Shown piece by piece: positions 43,863 through 56,411 of a DNA stretch of 64,000 bases. Source of the DNA: Amoebidium appalachense (taxonomy: Eukaryota > Protista > Ichthyosporea); assembly GCA_963693365.1 (NCBI GenBank), contig CAVNZM010000013.1, positions 4,631,814 to 4,695,813 of the forward strand. Direction: 5' to 3'. The notes under the pieces are model-generated. The model was not told the origin of the DNA. It was given only the letters and a program-made list of their open reading frames with translations, and searched no databases. Positions within the stretch are counted from its first letter, which is position 1, and every line of letters begins with the position of its first letter. Position numbers and translations under genes: made by a program.

Positions 43863-45115
43863 ATGACTAAGTTTAACGTAGACATGTTCTACGCATTGGC
43901 AGCGGAGGATAGCTCCCTGCACACACAGGTACCACAGGTTCATACACTAGACGTTAGACAGACCACAGCTTTCAGTTTTACACTCAAACACGACTCGGAA
44001 ATACCTAGGTGGCTTAGGACACTCCTAGCTAACAAACCCACACTAGTGTTAGACACAAAGAAGGCCCCCACTGTGGCGGCCTCGTGCCTAATGATCAAGC
44101 AGTGCATCGACCATAAGATTATGGCCGACCTATGCACCCTGATGGAGGAGCACCCGTACCGGGCCGAGCAGGCCCCCCAGGTGACGGCTCGTATATACGA
44201 GCAGCAGTACGACGAGGGAAGGGACGAGATGGTGTCCCGGACGCTCGGCCAGAAACGTCTGGCCGCACGGTTCATCCATCCCCGACGACGAGGACGAGAA
44301 CAGCACCGACGACGTGGACGGGGAGCTCGAGGCCTTCACACGGCCGGAAAACGAGCTCGAGTATACGGCCCGGCTCGTCGGCCGATACCTGACGGCCGAC
44401 CGGCGCCGTACCTTCCGGGCCCAACTCAGAGAATGGAAGAGTTAGCTGGTGACGTGAGTGATAGGGAAAAATTCGAGTTTGCTCGTAAGGCTCTCTCTGT
44501 AAACACAGACACTGCACGCATGTTTGGGGAGCATGATGATGTAGATGAGGTGGTGTTGCATGTTAAACGTCACTTGCTTGCCATGCACGAGGTGAAGTTC
44601 AATAAGAGGGATAAAAAGGAGGTGATGGAAGTAGACAAGAAAAAGAAGGAGAGTGGACAGAAGGGGGAAAAAGAGAAAAAGAGGGTGAACAGCCAGATGC
44701 ACTCACCATGTTGGTCAAGCAGGTTGCCGAGCTCTCCCAGGCCGTCTTTTCTGGCCGAGGGGGCTTCGGCTTCCGGGGTGGCCGTGGCGGCGACCGGGGT
44801 GGACACGGCGATCGTGGCCGAGGGGGACGTGGAGGACAACAGCAGCAGTTCACCGAGAGGTTTGCCCCTTATCTTGCTCGTGGTGGTGGGCAGGGTAGAG
44901 GGAGGGGTGGAAATGGTGGTGAGAGAGGCCGAGGGGGGCAGGGCGGAAGGGGGGGCCGTGGTGCACACGGTGGGCCCCCCCAGCATGACCGGGCTCCCGG
45001 TTATGCTTTGCGCCAAGGTTTTGAAGTCCCCCCTGGCCCCTTCTTTGGTGCATGTTACTTTTGTGGCCGGCAAGGGCACTCTGCTGCATATTGCCGTAGT
45101 TACAAGAGCTATTGA
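43863..45115 (+). pseudogene. gag: gag (frameshifted), with an RGG-rich region and zinc knuckle
   Basis: ATG at 43863. An alternate frame (44708-45115) carries RGG repeats and CYFCGRQGHSAAYC (CX2CX4HX4C). Confidence 0.8.
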
Positions 45116-45689
45116 GTTCCGGGGGAGGGGGAAGCTGAGGTCACTGAGGGAGGGGGGGGGGACAGTATCGGTCCCCCCCAGGTTGCAGAGAACCTTCACC
45201 CTCCCCCACCCCAGGTTAAGCTTCCCTTTGCCCCCTCACCGCCCCGATACGTGTGGGAGCCGGGCATCGTCGTGGGTCCTCAAGACAGCGTCGAGGTGGT
45301 ATGGCATGAATGTTTGTGGGGTGACTCTACCAAAGGTATGAATGGTGTGAATGTTTTGTGGTTGGGGGAGGTTCCCCAGCCACAAGTGGATGGTCTCAGT
45401 GTTTCTTGTCCCAACCCGGTGTTTATTCTAACCACACCGGAGGGGGTTTCTGTGCCATTGTTCCCGGGACACACACGAGTAAAGGGGGAAGGGGGGGGAA
45501 GGCACAGACACGTAGAAACACACCACCACAACAACATACGACGGTTGCAGACACACCTACACCCACACACACACCCACACATACACCAAACACAAACACA
45601 CCACCCACCCACACATCACACACACACACTCCACCACCACCCACATCACATACACACCCCACCCCACCCGTGCAGGCACCACAGGTAGG

Positions 45690-48400
45690 TATGTTGCACG
45701 TAGGTATCGAGGGTGTGAGTCTTCGTGGGCAGGGATTGGGTGTGAGTGATGATGTGTTGCTTGAATTGGAGGAGGATTTAGTTGGTTTTAGCCGGCATTA
45801 TATCGACGTATGGTTAGCTGATGGTAAGTTGAAGGCTGTTGCTTTGCTCGATGGAGGGGCTCAGGTTAATTGTGTGCATGCTTCGTTTATTCGTCGTTTT
45901 AATCAGGCCGGGGGGGGAATTCCTATTTTAGATGCTTCTAGCACAGCCTTAGGTAGTGCTAATAATAGTATGTCTGTGGAAGGTGTTTGTGTGTTGCCGT
46001 GTGAGATAGGTGGCCAGGCTATGCATATTGCTTGTTATGTGGTTAAGGATTTAGCTCAAAGTGTTTTGTTGGGAGCCCCATTTTTCCGTAGACATGTGAA
46101 TGCTTTGTTTGAACGTACGAATGTTTTAGAATTGCAGTCCGGCGTTAAAATTAAAACCCATGATGGGCTCGACGGTTATCAGTCTGGTGCTAGAACGGTA
46201 GCTGAAGTAGTAATCGAGCCTTATCAGTGCCAAACGGTACGTGTCCGGGCCGGCAATCATGTTAGGATAGGGGATTTAGGGGTCTTTACTCCGAAAACCC
46301 CATTTCAGGAGGTGGCCCAATGGACCCTTAGTAGGGTATGGCCGGATAAGACAATAGAAATAGAATTAGTGAATCCGGGCATCGAGCCTATAGTGATTAG
46401 GTCAGGTGTTTCCGTCGGTAGTTTCACTAATGAGATTGGTAGTATAGAGGTCTCTCTTATTACCCAAAAGGAGGATGCCGGCTCGAAGGGTGACTCAGGA
46501 GGAGGGGGAACAACTTTATTTAACGTTAGCCACCAAAATCTCACCCGACACGATGGGGGGGGGGACCGGGACAGCACCGGTCCCACTCCCCCGACCCCCA
46601 AGAGGAAGGAGGGTCACCCCGGGTGTGAGAATGTGCAGGCAGGGGGGGAGGGTATTGGTCTAACCCGTGGATCTGACGGGTTAACCAACACCGGGGGGGG
46701 CAGGGTGGCCACAGACCTGGCCCCCCACATACATGCACTAACTCATCAGGAATTGCCCGGGGGCATTGGTGTGCCGGGGGGAGGGGGGGGGTGCTAAGGG
46801 TGACCGCCTATATCCGGAGGTACCTCAACCTCACCCCGAGCAGCACCGATGTAATACAGGAGGTGAAATGTTAAGTGGCACTCCGGTGAATAAGGATGCA
46901 TCCACTTGTGATGGGGGTAACCCGGAGTTAGTATTGCCGTTTGGTATGAAGGAGGGGGATTGGACGGTAGAACAGAAAAAATTGCTAGCTAAGTTATTTG
47001 ATAGGACTCGGTTTGCATTTCTGGCCGATGATAACGAAGTAGGCTTCGTTAAAGGGTTTGAAATGCAGATCGACACAGGTGATAATAGGCCGGTAGTGAT
47101 GCCTAGCTATAGAATGGAGCAGTATAAATTGTCGGATGCGCTAATAATAGTGAGTGATATGTTAAAAAAGGGTCATGTGGAGCATAGTTCGAGTCCGTGG
47201 AGAAGTCCGGTGCTATTGGTTAAGAAGCCCGACGGGTCTTGGCGTCTAGTGAACGATTACAGGGCTCTGAATCGGATCACTAAGGCAGACCAATGGCCTC
47301 TCCCTAACATAGACGAGCAGCTTTCACAGCTGCACGGCTATACTCACTTTGCTAAACTTGATTTAAAAGCAGCTTTTTGGCAGATAAGGTTGGAGGAGAG
47401 CAGCAAGGAGAAGACTGCCTTTGCACTGGGTGACCAGCTGTTCCAGTACAAGGTGGTGCCGATGGGTTTGCTCTCCTCTCCAGCTATGTTGTGCCGGGTA
47501 ATGTATAAAATTCTCCACGGTCCCTCATTTGGATGTATGCCACCCTTATTTGGATGATGTTTTAATTAAAGGTAGGTCATTTGAGGAGCTAGTTAATAAT
47601 TGTGAAAAAGTATTTTTAGCTTTGGGTGAGTCTGGTCTTCGCATTAGCGGTAGCAAGACTGTGATTGGTGTGCCGGAGGTTAAGTTTTTAGGTCATATTG
47701 TGTCTAGTAATGGTCTTTCCCCTGATCCGGAGAAAATCCGGGCCATAGTTGAGTGGCCCCGTCCTCAGACTGTCACTCAACTAAGGCAATTTTTAGGTTT
47801 AACTAATTATCTTCGTCGTTATATTAAGGATTATAGTATGCTTGCTTTGCCGTTAACTAGTCAGACGGGAGGGGAGAAGAAGAATAGAATAGATTGGAAT
47901 GTTGATGCTGTTTCTGCTTTCGAAAAGCTTAAGTTAGCTTTGCAGTCTTCGAGTATGCTTGTTCATCCTGATTTTTCGGCCGGGGGGGATGTTTAAAGTT
48001 CGGTGTGATGCAAGTAAGGTTGCTGAGGGGGCCGTGTTATATCAAGTGCAGGAGGGGCAGGATAGAGTGATTGCTTATGCTAGTCGTTCATTTAGTAAAA
48101 GTGAACGTAGATATAGCAATCCGGAGAGAGAGTCCCATGCTATCTTTTGGGCCGTCTCACAGGCATGGAGGTATATACTCGCAGGCAGGACGTTTGAGGT
48201 CTACACCGACCACAAGCCCTGCCTAGCCATGGCCGGCACCACTCGTCTGGTGAACGAGAGGATGCAGAAGTGGGCCGCGGCTCTCGGTGAGTTTTCCTAT
48301 AAATTGTTTTATGCCAAGGGTGAAACAATGGTTGACTGTGATGCTCTCTCTCGTGCTGCTTATATTTTGTTTGAAGAAGAGAAGGAGGGGGAGTCCTTAG
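45690..48400 (+). pseudogene. pol: pol: protease, RT and RNase H in four reading-frame pieces
   Basis: Protease ALLDGGAQVNC..VLLGAPF. RT SPWRSPVLLVKKPDGSWRLVNDYRALN, LDLKAAFWQI and YLDD (47547). RNase H CDAS..IAYASR..FEVYTDHKP..DALSR. Frame breaks near 46790, 47530 and 47990. Confidence 0.9.
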
Positions 48401-50519
48401 CCTCCAGTCGTATGGCAATTACTGGGTTTGCTTGCATGCATTCTGTAATTGTGTTTTTCTGTGTGTCCTGCCACAACTAGGCCACCTTATCAGAGAGCTA
48501 GATGCAGTTTCTCCGGGTTATCTAGGGGCCGGGCCCGTTGGGATTGTTTTTTAGCTCAGATTTGGTCTGCATCATGCTCTTTTAGAGGCTGACTTGCTTG
48601 ACATGTGCCTCGGTAGGTTTTCAGGGGGACCTGTTGGGAAGGAGCAGTAATGATGTCTTCTTGCGGAGTGTGGTCTGGTCAACATCGATGCATATGACTA
48701 GTTGGAGCAAACTAGTTTCACGCATACACGTACACTTAAGGTTTTGCCCGCTGGTGTCCTTTGTCACTACTAATCGCTTTATTTTTATTTCGTAGCTTTG
48801 GCTTTTTCAGTTCTATAATAATTGGTGGTTATGTAACCTGTGGCTGCACGTTGCCTTCATAAACGGATCAATAAACCCGAGTCAAAAGAAAAAAAGAAAA
48901 AACTTTCTAAGTAAAATCGGGGCCTAACTGCTTTTGAGAGGCTGTCGGTCTGAGATTTTGGCCTGTCACCACCTGAGTGGCCCTTACCTTGGCCCTTACT
49001 TTTTGCGCAACCAATCACAAGATTCGAATTGTTCCGGTGAGCCATATAAGGTTAGACAGAATTTGAAAACAAACATTTCTAAACCGGTCTATAACTCCTT
49101 AATGACATACACAAGCATACCACATGATACCAGGCCAAAGTAGCTAGGATGTGATTGGCTCGGCGTGAACCGTCGGTGGCTCGAATCACCTTCCAAAAAA
49201 AGAAAATACTTGTTTCTGTAGCCAATCGGGATTCGTTACTTTGGAATGCAGGTGAGCCACGATCTTGGCGCACTTTTGAAGCCTTTGCCACGTGTGAGCC
49301 CCGATTCCAGGTGACCACAGGGTTCTTCTCCCGTCACAAAAAAGACTGCTTTACCCTCATCATATACATATATAATTCAGGGATGTATGCAAGTCCTTAG
49401 TCCTACATAACAAATATGGTGCCTGAATGATGCAGGCGTATGCTATATATCATCATGGTCAGTCGATGTGCATGCACCAATCTGTATGCGCACGTGGGGC
49501 GTACACGTTCGAATCCCCACGGCGTACTGCACACGTACGTACAGTGTTGGCCAAGCTTGTAAGTGTATCCCAAAAGTTCTTTAAGCAAAATTCGGGTTTT
49601 TTTTTTGTATTAGTTCTTGAGCTCATGCTGGCAGGTGTTTTTCGTGAACACGGCTGGTATGCGGACTCCAGGCGAATGTTCCAACAGAGATGATGCATAC
49701 ATAATAAATCATGTGCGCATGCGATGTTTCTCACGTGTGTCGTTCGCTATCCGGGTGACACGTGAGATATGGCTATCACGAAAAGTCGTAGAATGGACGG
49801 TGAATGTGAGCTTATTCATTAAAAAACTCTTGAGTTAAAGGAATTGGGAGTGTATTATGTTAGAAGCTGTCTACAAAAACCACTAGCTTACGAAACGAGC
49901 CGAAGTGACAGCTCTTCCTCAGTTGGAAGTGATCACACGTCTGACGTCTGTTGCCTGATAGTGCACTGAATGGGATACGCCATGATCATAAACCGCAGAT
50001 CCACAAAACGAGGAACATAAAAAAAGCGCTTGGCTACAAACGTCCATGGGAAAGTAACAAAGAGCAATATGCCACATAAAACAGGGCTAAAGGCACTCGA
50101 AGTTTCGAGTCACGTCGAGTCTCACGTGTGTGCCGGCACGTGCAACTTAGATCATCCTTCGGTATTCCATGCATATAGGCTGGTGCAGCTGTAGTCAGTA
50201 TTACCGCGAACGGCAAAAACGAGTCACCGACAGTGAGCCTTGCTCTGTTTAACAATGCATAAATAGGTTAGAATGTCTGTTATTGAAGGGATACTGCCAG
50301 TAATTGCGGTGGCTAGCCTTGCTAGAGACCTCGTTTTACATCACCAACGTTCGTCCCTGGCATTCCCCACATATCTGAACACATAGTGAGTGTTAAAATT
50401 TGTCCTTGTCTATGCAGTACTCGTGGTGCCTGCATGTCACCAAGTTGTTTGTACATGTACATTTGATTGTTTTTATTAATGCATATATCGGAGTCCAGTA
50501 TTGTTTCAATGATTATTAT

Positions 50520-50522
<3 letters not shown>

Positions 50523-50562
<40 letters not shown>

Positions 50563-50596
50563 CGTAAACCCCATATATATATATATATATATATAC
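50523..50596. repeat. Interrupted (TA)n microsatellite
   Basis: Seen directly in the sequence. Confidence 0.9.
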
Positions 50597-50858
50597 AGTC
50601 TGAGCTTGTGATCATGCACCGTGTAGGGTTCCTCGTCCTCTGTCTTACCTGTGCAGCCCAAATTCATGTGCCAATTTTAACTGAGCATGTACACAAAATG
50701 ACTTGTATGACACCGACCTTCTTTTTAACAGTGAATTGTTCACGTGCATGCGCCGGCATGCGTACTGTTGTAAAAATGTGCCCTCCGCGGCTTTCGCTGT
50801 ACCATTGGCTAGCTGATAGCCAATAAATGATGCGAAATGCTCTGATTGGCTAATTTCC

Positions 50859-50912
50859 TATATCGTATTTACGAAAATCACCTCCGGAGGTGATTTTCGT
50901 AAATACGATATA
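50859..50912. repeat. Perfect 54-bp palindrome with no spacer
   Basis: TATATCGTATTTACGAAAATCACCTCC|GGAGGTGATTTTCGTAAATACGATATA, checked base by base. Confidence 0.95.
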
Positions 50913-52327
50913 AAAGCGATCCCTATCGTATTTACAAAAAATAAAAGCCCGCGGCGTGTTTGGCATGCCACGGGATCGTATACGTATTTAGGCCCTAAAT
51001 ACGAATACGATAAAAAACCGTATTTAGCGCGCTACCAAACAGGCCCTTATGTTTCCCAAAGCCTCTTCAGGTTCCGAATCGTGTAAAACGGAACACAAGA
51101 CTCCCCTATTTTCTTGAATATCACTGTCAGGTTCGAATTCACGTATGACCTAACGAACGTGAGGCTTTTGTCATGAGTGTTCAAGAGACGAGCTCCACAG
51201 CCTCTTGAATGAGAAAATGGGCCAGTTTCACGTACATATATATTCACGTACGTAATGGGCACCGTACGTGCGTGGGCACAACATGTATGTGTATATGTGT
51301 CATAAGTACACGGGACATGACGTCCACGGCCCACATGATGTGCGTGCCCCTACCCCGCACGGCGCACATGATGTGCGTAGAGTCTATTCGATCATGGGCA
51401 CATGCATGATCAGTCAGGCATGCACATGGTGCACATGTGTACATGTACACATACTTTCTATTTTGTGATTTCATCTTAGTGTTAACATGAATATCAGGTA
51501 AGCAAAAACTTCTTATATGTACGGCACGGAAACATGGCATGCGCAAAGGTAAGTGCCTATCAAAACCTGTAAGTGACACACTTCTTCGAGACTGTGCGTG
51601 TTGCGCGCGTTGCACGCGCTGCGCTCGCGTCAGCGGCCAGTGTGCGGCTGTATACAGGATCTACAATCTACAAGATCAAAGTTTTGAAGATTCTCTGGCA
51701 AATCTCTCAATGATTGGCCCAGGAGATCTAGATCTAGATCCTCTGCTGCTGGCGTCAAACTCATGATCAGCGCCTGCCTGTCCGTGCCTGAGCGGCGGAG
51801 CTCCGAGCGCGTCCGTGCACGTGGGACCGTCACGGAGTACTAGACTGAGTAGCCTACGCGCTTGCGTGCGCCGGGTGCGCGTGTGGATGTATACATGTAC
51901 GTGGCGACTCAGGCTGACTCAGGCCTAGGCCTATTTGTAAATTTTAGGCCTGTGCCGTTTGGCGGGTATGCATGAATGGGTGACTGCTTGGGCACAATCA
52001 GCTGCAGTGTCACTGAGTTGCATGAATACTAACCTGTTTGTGTGTGTGTGTTTGTGCACATGTATGCGTGGTGCGTGCAAGTGTACATGATATATATGTG
52101 CGCGTGCTTGTGACGTGTACGTGAACGTTCGTGCGTTACGCCACTGTCACTGTGTGACTGTTTACAGGTGTTTGTGCGTGTGTGTGTGCGTGCCAAAGGC
52201 TTCAGACCCGTAAGGCGTGCCCCCGCCAGGGGGCACGCAGAACCAAGAATTGGCTAGTATGTACATGGCCAGGCTACATGCGAAAAGGGCAAACTGAGCA
52301 CGACCCTCTCACCCATCTGGGACCGGG

Positions 52328-52372
<45 letters not shown>

Positions 52373-52863
52373 CCTTATTGGATAAGCGCGCACCACCTGG
52401 TATGCAGATTGCATGATTTCGCATGATTGCGCATGTGCTCGCAGAAAACAGTTGCTCAGCGTGCACGTGCACGTGTACAGGCCTGCCAGTTGTTGGAGTG
52501 TTGAGGTCTACTACTACAGTAGTAGCAGATGATAAGAGATGTGCGTGTGAGTGTGTGTATGCCGGTGTGCTGTTAGCTTTCAGGCATATGTGCACTTGGT
52601 TAACCTGAAGCTTTGTTGTAGCGATAGGTAGTGTGAAACAGTTTTTGGTGAATCTTGCAACAGGCGCATCTAGTATACAGTTTAGTTTAGTCGTTCCATG
52701 AGGAACAAGAGAACGAGATCATCACAACTCGGTACCTTCTCCGTGACCTAGCCGACACACACCATAACTCGCATGTACAAACCCTCTGAACACTATAAAG
52801 CTCCATAAAAACAGTAGGAGCAGTTATAATCTAATAATCTTATCCAAAAGCGGTGTCTCTGAG

Positions 52864-53792
52864 ATGCCGCCTGACGCCACTGGAATAGAGGCCGTAGGCC
52901 TACTACCGCACACAGAAACATTAGCCTTTAAGAATGGCGGCACCCCTGGGGGAAAGAACAAGAAAATGGGAAACGAACCAAAGGTGGACGTTGATAAACA
53001 GCTGAGGGTTGACAGGGATGTACTCAACAGAAGGATTTTGTTTAAAAAGGCGACCCGACCCGATACACAAGAGGAGGAGATTAGGAAGAAACTGATGCCT
53101 TTAAACAAGATGGGAAGGCTGGAGGAAGGGAAGAGCACGGGAAATATGGTGGGGGATGTGAAGGAGAAGGAGGAAAAACAGGATGATAATGGGTTCAGGA
53201 GGCCATCCACAGTGCTCTACAAGAAGGAACTGTAAGGACCACTGCCCAAACATGTTTCCTAGTAATAATGATGCATGGCCGAGGGGAAAAGGGGGAGAGG
53301 AAGGTGTGGTGTATGGGTGGATTGGTGGGTGGGTGTTAGGGGTTGCTGGTGTGTGCCTGTGTATGTGTGTCGGAGGTATGTCGTGTATGAAAGGCAAGGG
53401 TAAACGGGGGGGAAGGGGGGAGGGGGAAGGGGGAGGGATATAACAGGTACAAGTTGTAGGTGGGGAGGGGGGGGTGGAGGGTGGCGATGAGGGGTCTTCT
53501 CCATTGTTTGTTCTTGGTACCATCCTTACAAAGCCAGCCTGCCTGTTCCGCAGTGACTTCTGGTTGTTCTGGAAAACCCCTTCGGCTGTTGTCTCTTATG
53601 TTTCCCTCTTTACCCCCCCCCCCCCCCTCACTCTCTCTCTCCCCCTCTCTCTCTCCCCGTCTGTCTCTCTCTCCCTTTATCCCTCTCTCTCCCCCTCCCA
53701 CCTCCCCCCTTCAACCAACACCCCCTTTCCCATTCTTTTTCTCTCCGGTGCCCTTATTTTTCTTCTTTTTTTGGAGGCAGGGGGGGTGGGGA

Positions 53793-53827
<35 letters not shown>

Positions 53828-55620
53828 AGGAGAGGGAGATGGGGGAGGGGGGGGGGGGGGGGGAGATAAGTACATGAGTTTGCTAGGTATGGGTATCGGG
53901 AAAGGGTGGATGGGAGGTTGAGATAGAGGGGGGGAATGGGGGGAGGGGGGTGGGAGGGAAGAGGGGAGGGGGGATATTGAATGATGGGGGTATTCTGAAA
54001 GGGACATGTCGGGATAGTGCCATAGGGTTATCGAATGTGTGTGTGTGTGTATGTGGTGGTGGTGGGGGGGGGGGGGAAGAGAGAGAGGGGATGGTTTACA
54101 ACCGGGCCTCTGCTTTGTGGTCCTTTCGCGTGTGATTTTTTTCAGATTCTTGCCCCCCCCCCCTCCCCCCCCCCCCCCCCTCCTCCACCCCTCCCTCCCT
54201 CCCCCTCCCCCCTCCCCCAACCACACACGCGCGCGCTCACACACCAAAAAAAAAAAAAACCGTGGCACACACACACACTAGGACACAACACACCAAAAAA
54301 AAAAGGGGGGGGGGGGGGGGGGGAAGGAAGGGGGCATTGATAGTCACACGGACGGAGTCCTGTAACGTGGTTTTGTCGGATATCTTTGTACGTAGTACTG
54401 CCCAAGCCCCTCTCCCCCCCCCTTCCCCCCCCCCCCCCCCCCCCCCCCCCCTTTATTTCCCCAAGGGAAGGGAAGAGAAGGGGGGGGGGGGGGGGGGGGG
54501 CAAGAGCTTCTCCCCGAGTAATGTAGTTCCGTGTGTGTTCTCATTTTTTGTTCTTTGTATTGTGTACCGGATTCCGACCCCTGCCCCCCTCCCCCCTTCC
54601 TCCCCCCCACCCACACGCGCACACACACCCTTGTCTTCCCTTCTTCCCTTCCCTCTCCCCCGGCTCACATCTGCTGTCGGCTTTTTTAAGTTTTACCATC
54701 CCCCCTCCCCTCCGCTCCCCCCCCCCCCCCCCCATACCCTCAATCTCCCCGCCCCTTACTCCGTGTGCACGCACACACAAACACACACACACATACACCA
54801 CCACCACCACCATCACCACCACGACCATCATGCTAGTATCCCTTGTCCAGTGTGATCAATTGCCCCTTCTAACCCTCCCTTCCCCCCTCCTCACCCTCCC
54901 CCCTTGGACCCTCCCTGAGGATGGGCTCTGCTTATGACGCATACTGTGTGCATTGCTGATGTTGCATACTTGACTGTTTGCCTTCGCATGTGTCCTTCAC
55001 CATGCTTCTCATCGTGTATATGTACTTCGTACCGTGTTCCGCATTCAAACCCGTCCTCCCTCCCCCCCCCCCCCCCCCCCCCCCCCACCGCTTTACTTCC
55101 ATGCAACCGGGCATGGTTGCTCTGTGTCGTGCATCTGTAAGCACATACACATTTTTCGCTGCACTGCATTAGTTTGCACACACATCTTCACCGTTTTGCT
55201 CACCTTGCTTGCATAAGCAACCCTGCTCGTCTTTGATCAAGACGGGTTGACCCGCCCAAGCTCAGTTGATGCTGCTGTCTGAGTTGGAGTGTCGTATATA
55301 CGCGGGCTAAGGGGTCGAAACTCAGACGCAATTGATGACTTGGGTCCTCCCTGAGGATGGGCTCTGCTTATGACGCATATTGTGCACATGGCTGATGTTG
55401 CATACTTGAATGTTTGCCTTTGCATGTGTCCTGCACCATGCTTCTCGTCGTGTATGCGTACTTTGTACCGTGTTCCGCATTCAAACCCCCCCCCCCCCCC
55501 CCCACAGGGTTGGGCACTGCTTACGATGCATCCTCTGTGTTTTTGCTTTGCAGAATTACCACCATAGTGTCCGCTCTCGGGATGTGCTAAGTACTCACCC
55601 ATCCAACCCCACCCCCTTCC

Positions 55621-55651
<31 letters not shown>

Positions 55652-55958
55652 AAAAATAAATAAATAATAAAATAAAAACAAATAAATAAATAAAAAACAA
55701 ACAAATAAAAAAATATAATCTAAATCAAAAACACAGGGTGATGCAGAACATGCAGTGGAAGGGAGTGAGCAAGGTCGGTGCCGGGCTGGTCAACTACGGC
55801 AACACGTGCTTTCTCAACTCTGTGTTGCAGTGTCTGCTGCACACCCCACCCCTAGCAAACTACCTGCTCACTACAAACCACAAGGATACATGTGTGTTTG
55901 CTGGCCCCCTCCCCCTCCCCTCCGCCCCTCTCCGCCAATGCACACAGACACGTGCGCA

Positions 55959-56025
<67 letters not shown>

Positions 56026-56378
56026 CACTCTCCCCCAACACACACACACGCACACACAGACACCCTCCACTCTTCGTTAACACACACGGCTAGGCCACAC
56101 ACCACCACCACCGCCACCACTGCTACCCCCATAGCGCTTTCTCTCTCTTGTTCCACACACAAACACACAAACAAACAAGTCTCAATTTCGCTCTGTATCT
56201 CGCTCCACTCTCTTTCTCTCTTCACACACACACAGCTTCCTCTCTCAATCTCGCCCTTTCTCTCTCTCTCTTTCTCTCGCCCTCCCCCCCCCGCCCCCAC
56301 CCCCCACTTCCACCCATCCACCCACGCATCCCTCCACGACCACCACCACCACCACCCATTCCCCTCCCATCTCCCCCA

Positions 56379-56411
<33 letters not shown>

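Larger units (their letters stand above)
43189..48400 (+). mobile_element. Ty3/Gypsy LTR retrotransposon; frameshifted and 3'-truncated (no integrase or 3' LTR seen)
   Basis: Order is 5' LTR, gag with CCHC knuckle, aspartic protease, RT, RNase H (Gypsy domain order). Similarity ends after DCDALSR. Confidence 0.92.

Noticed and set aside
49490-49525. tRNA or SINE B-box GTTCGAATCC
   Set aside because: No cloverleaf or A-box; only a CGTGGGG/CCCCACG hairpin.
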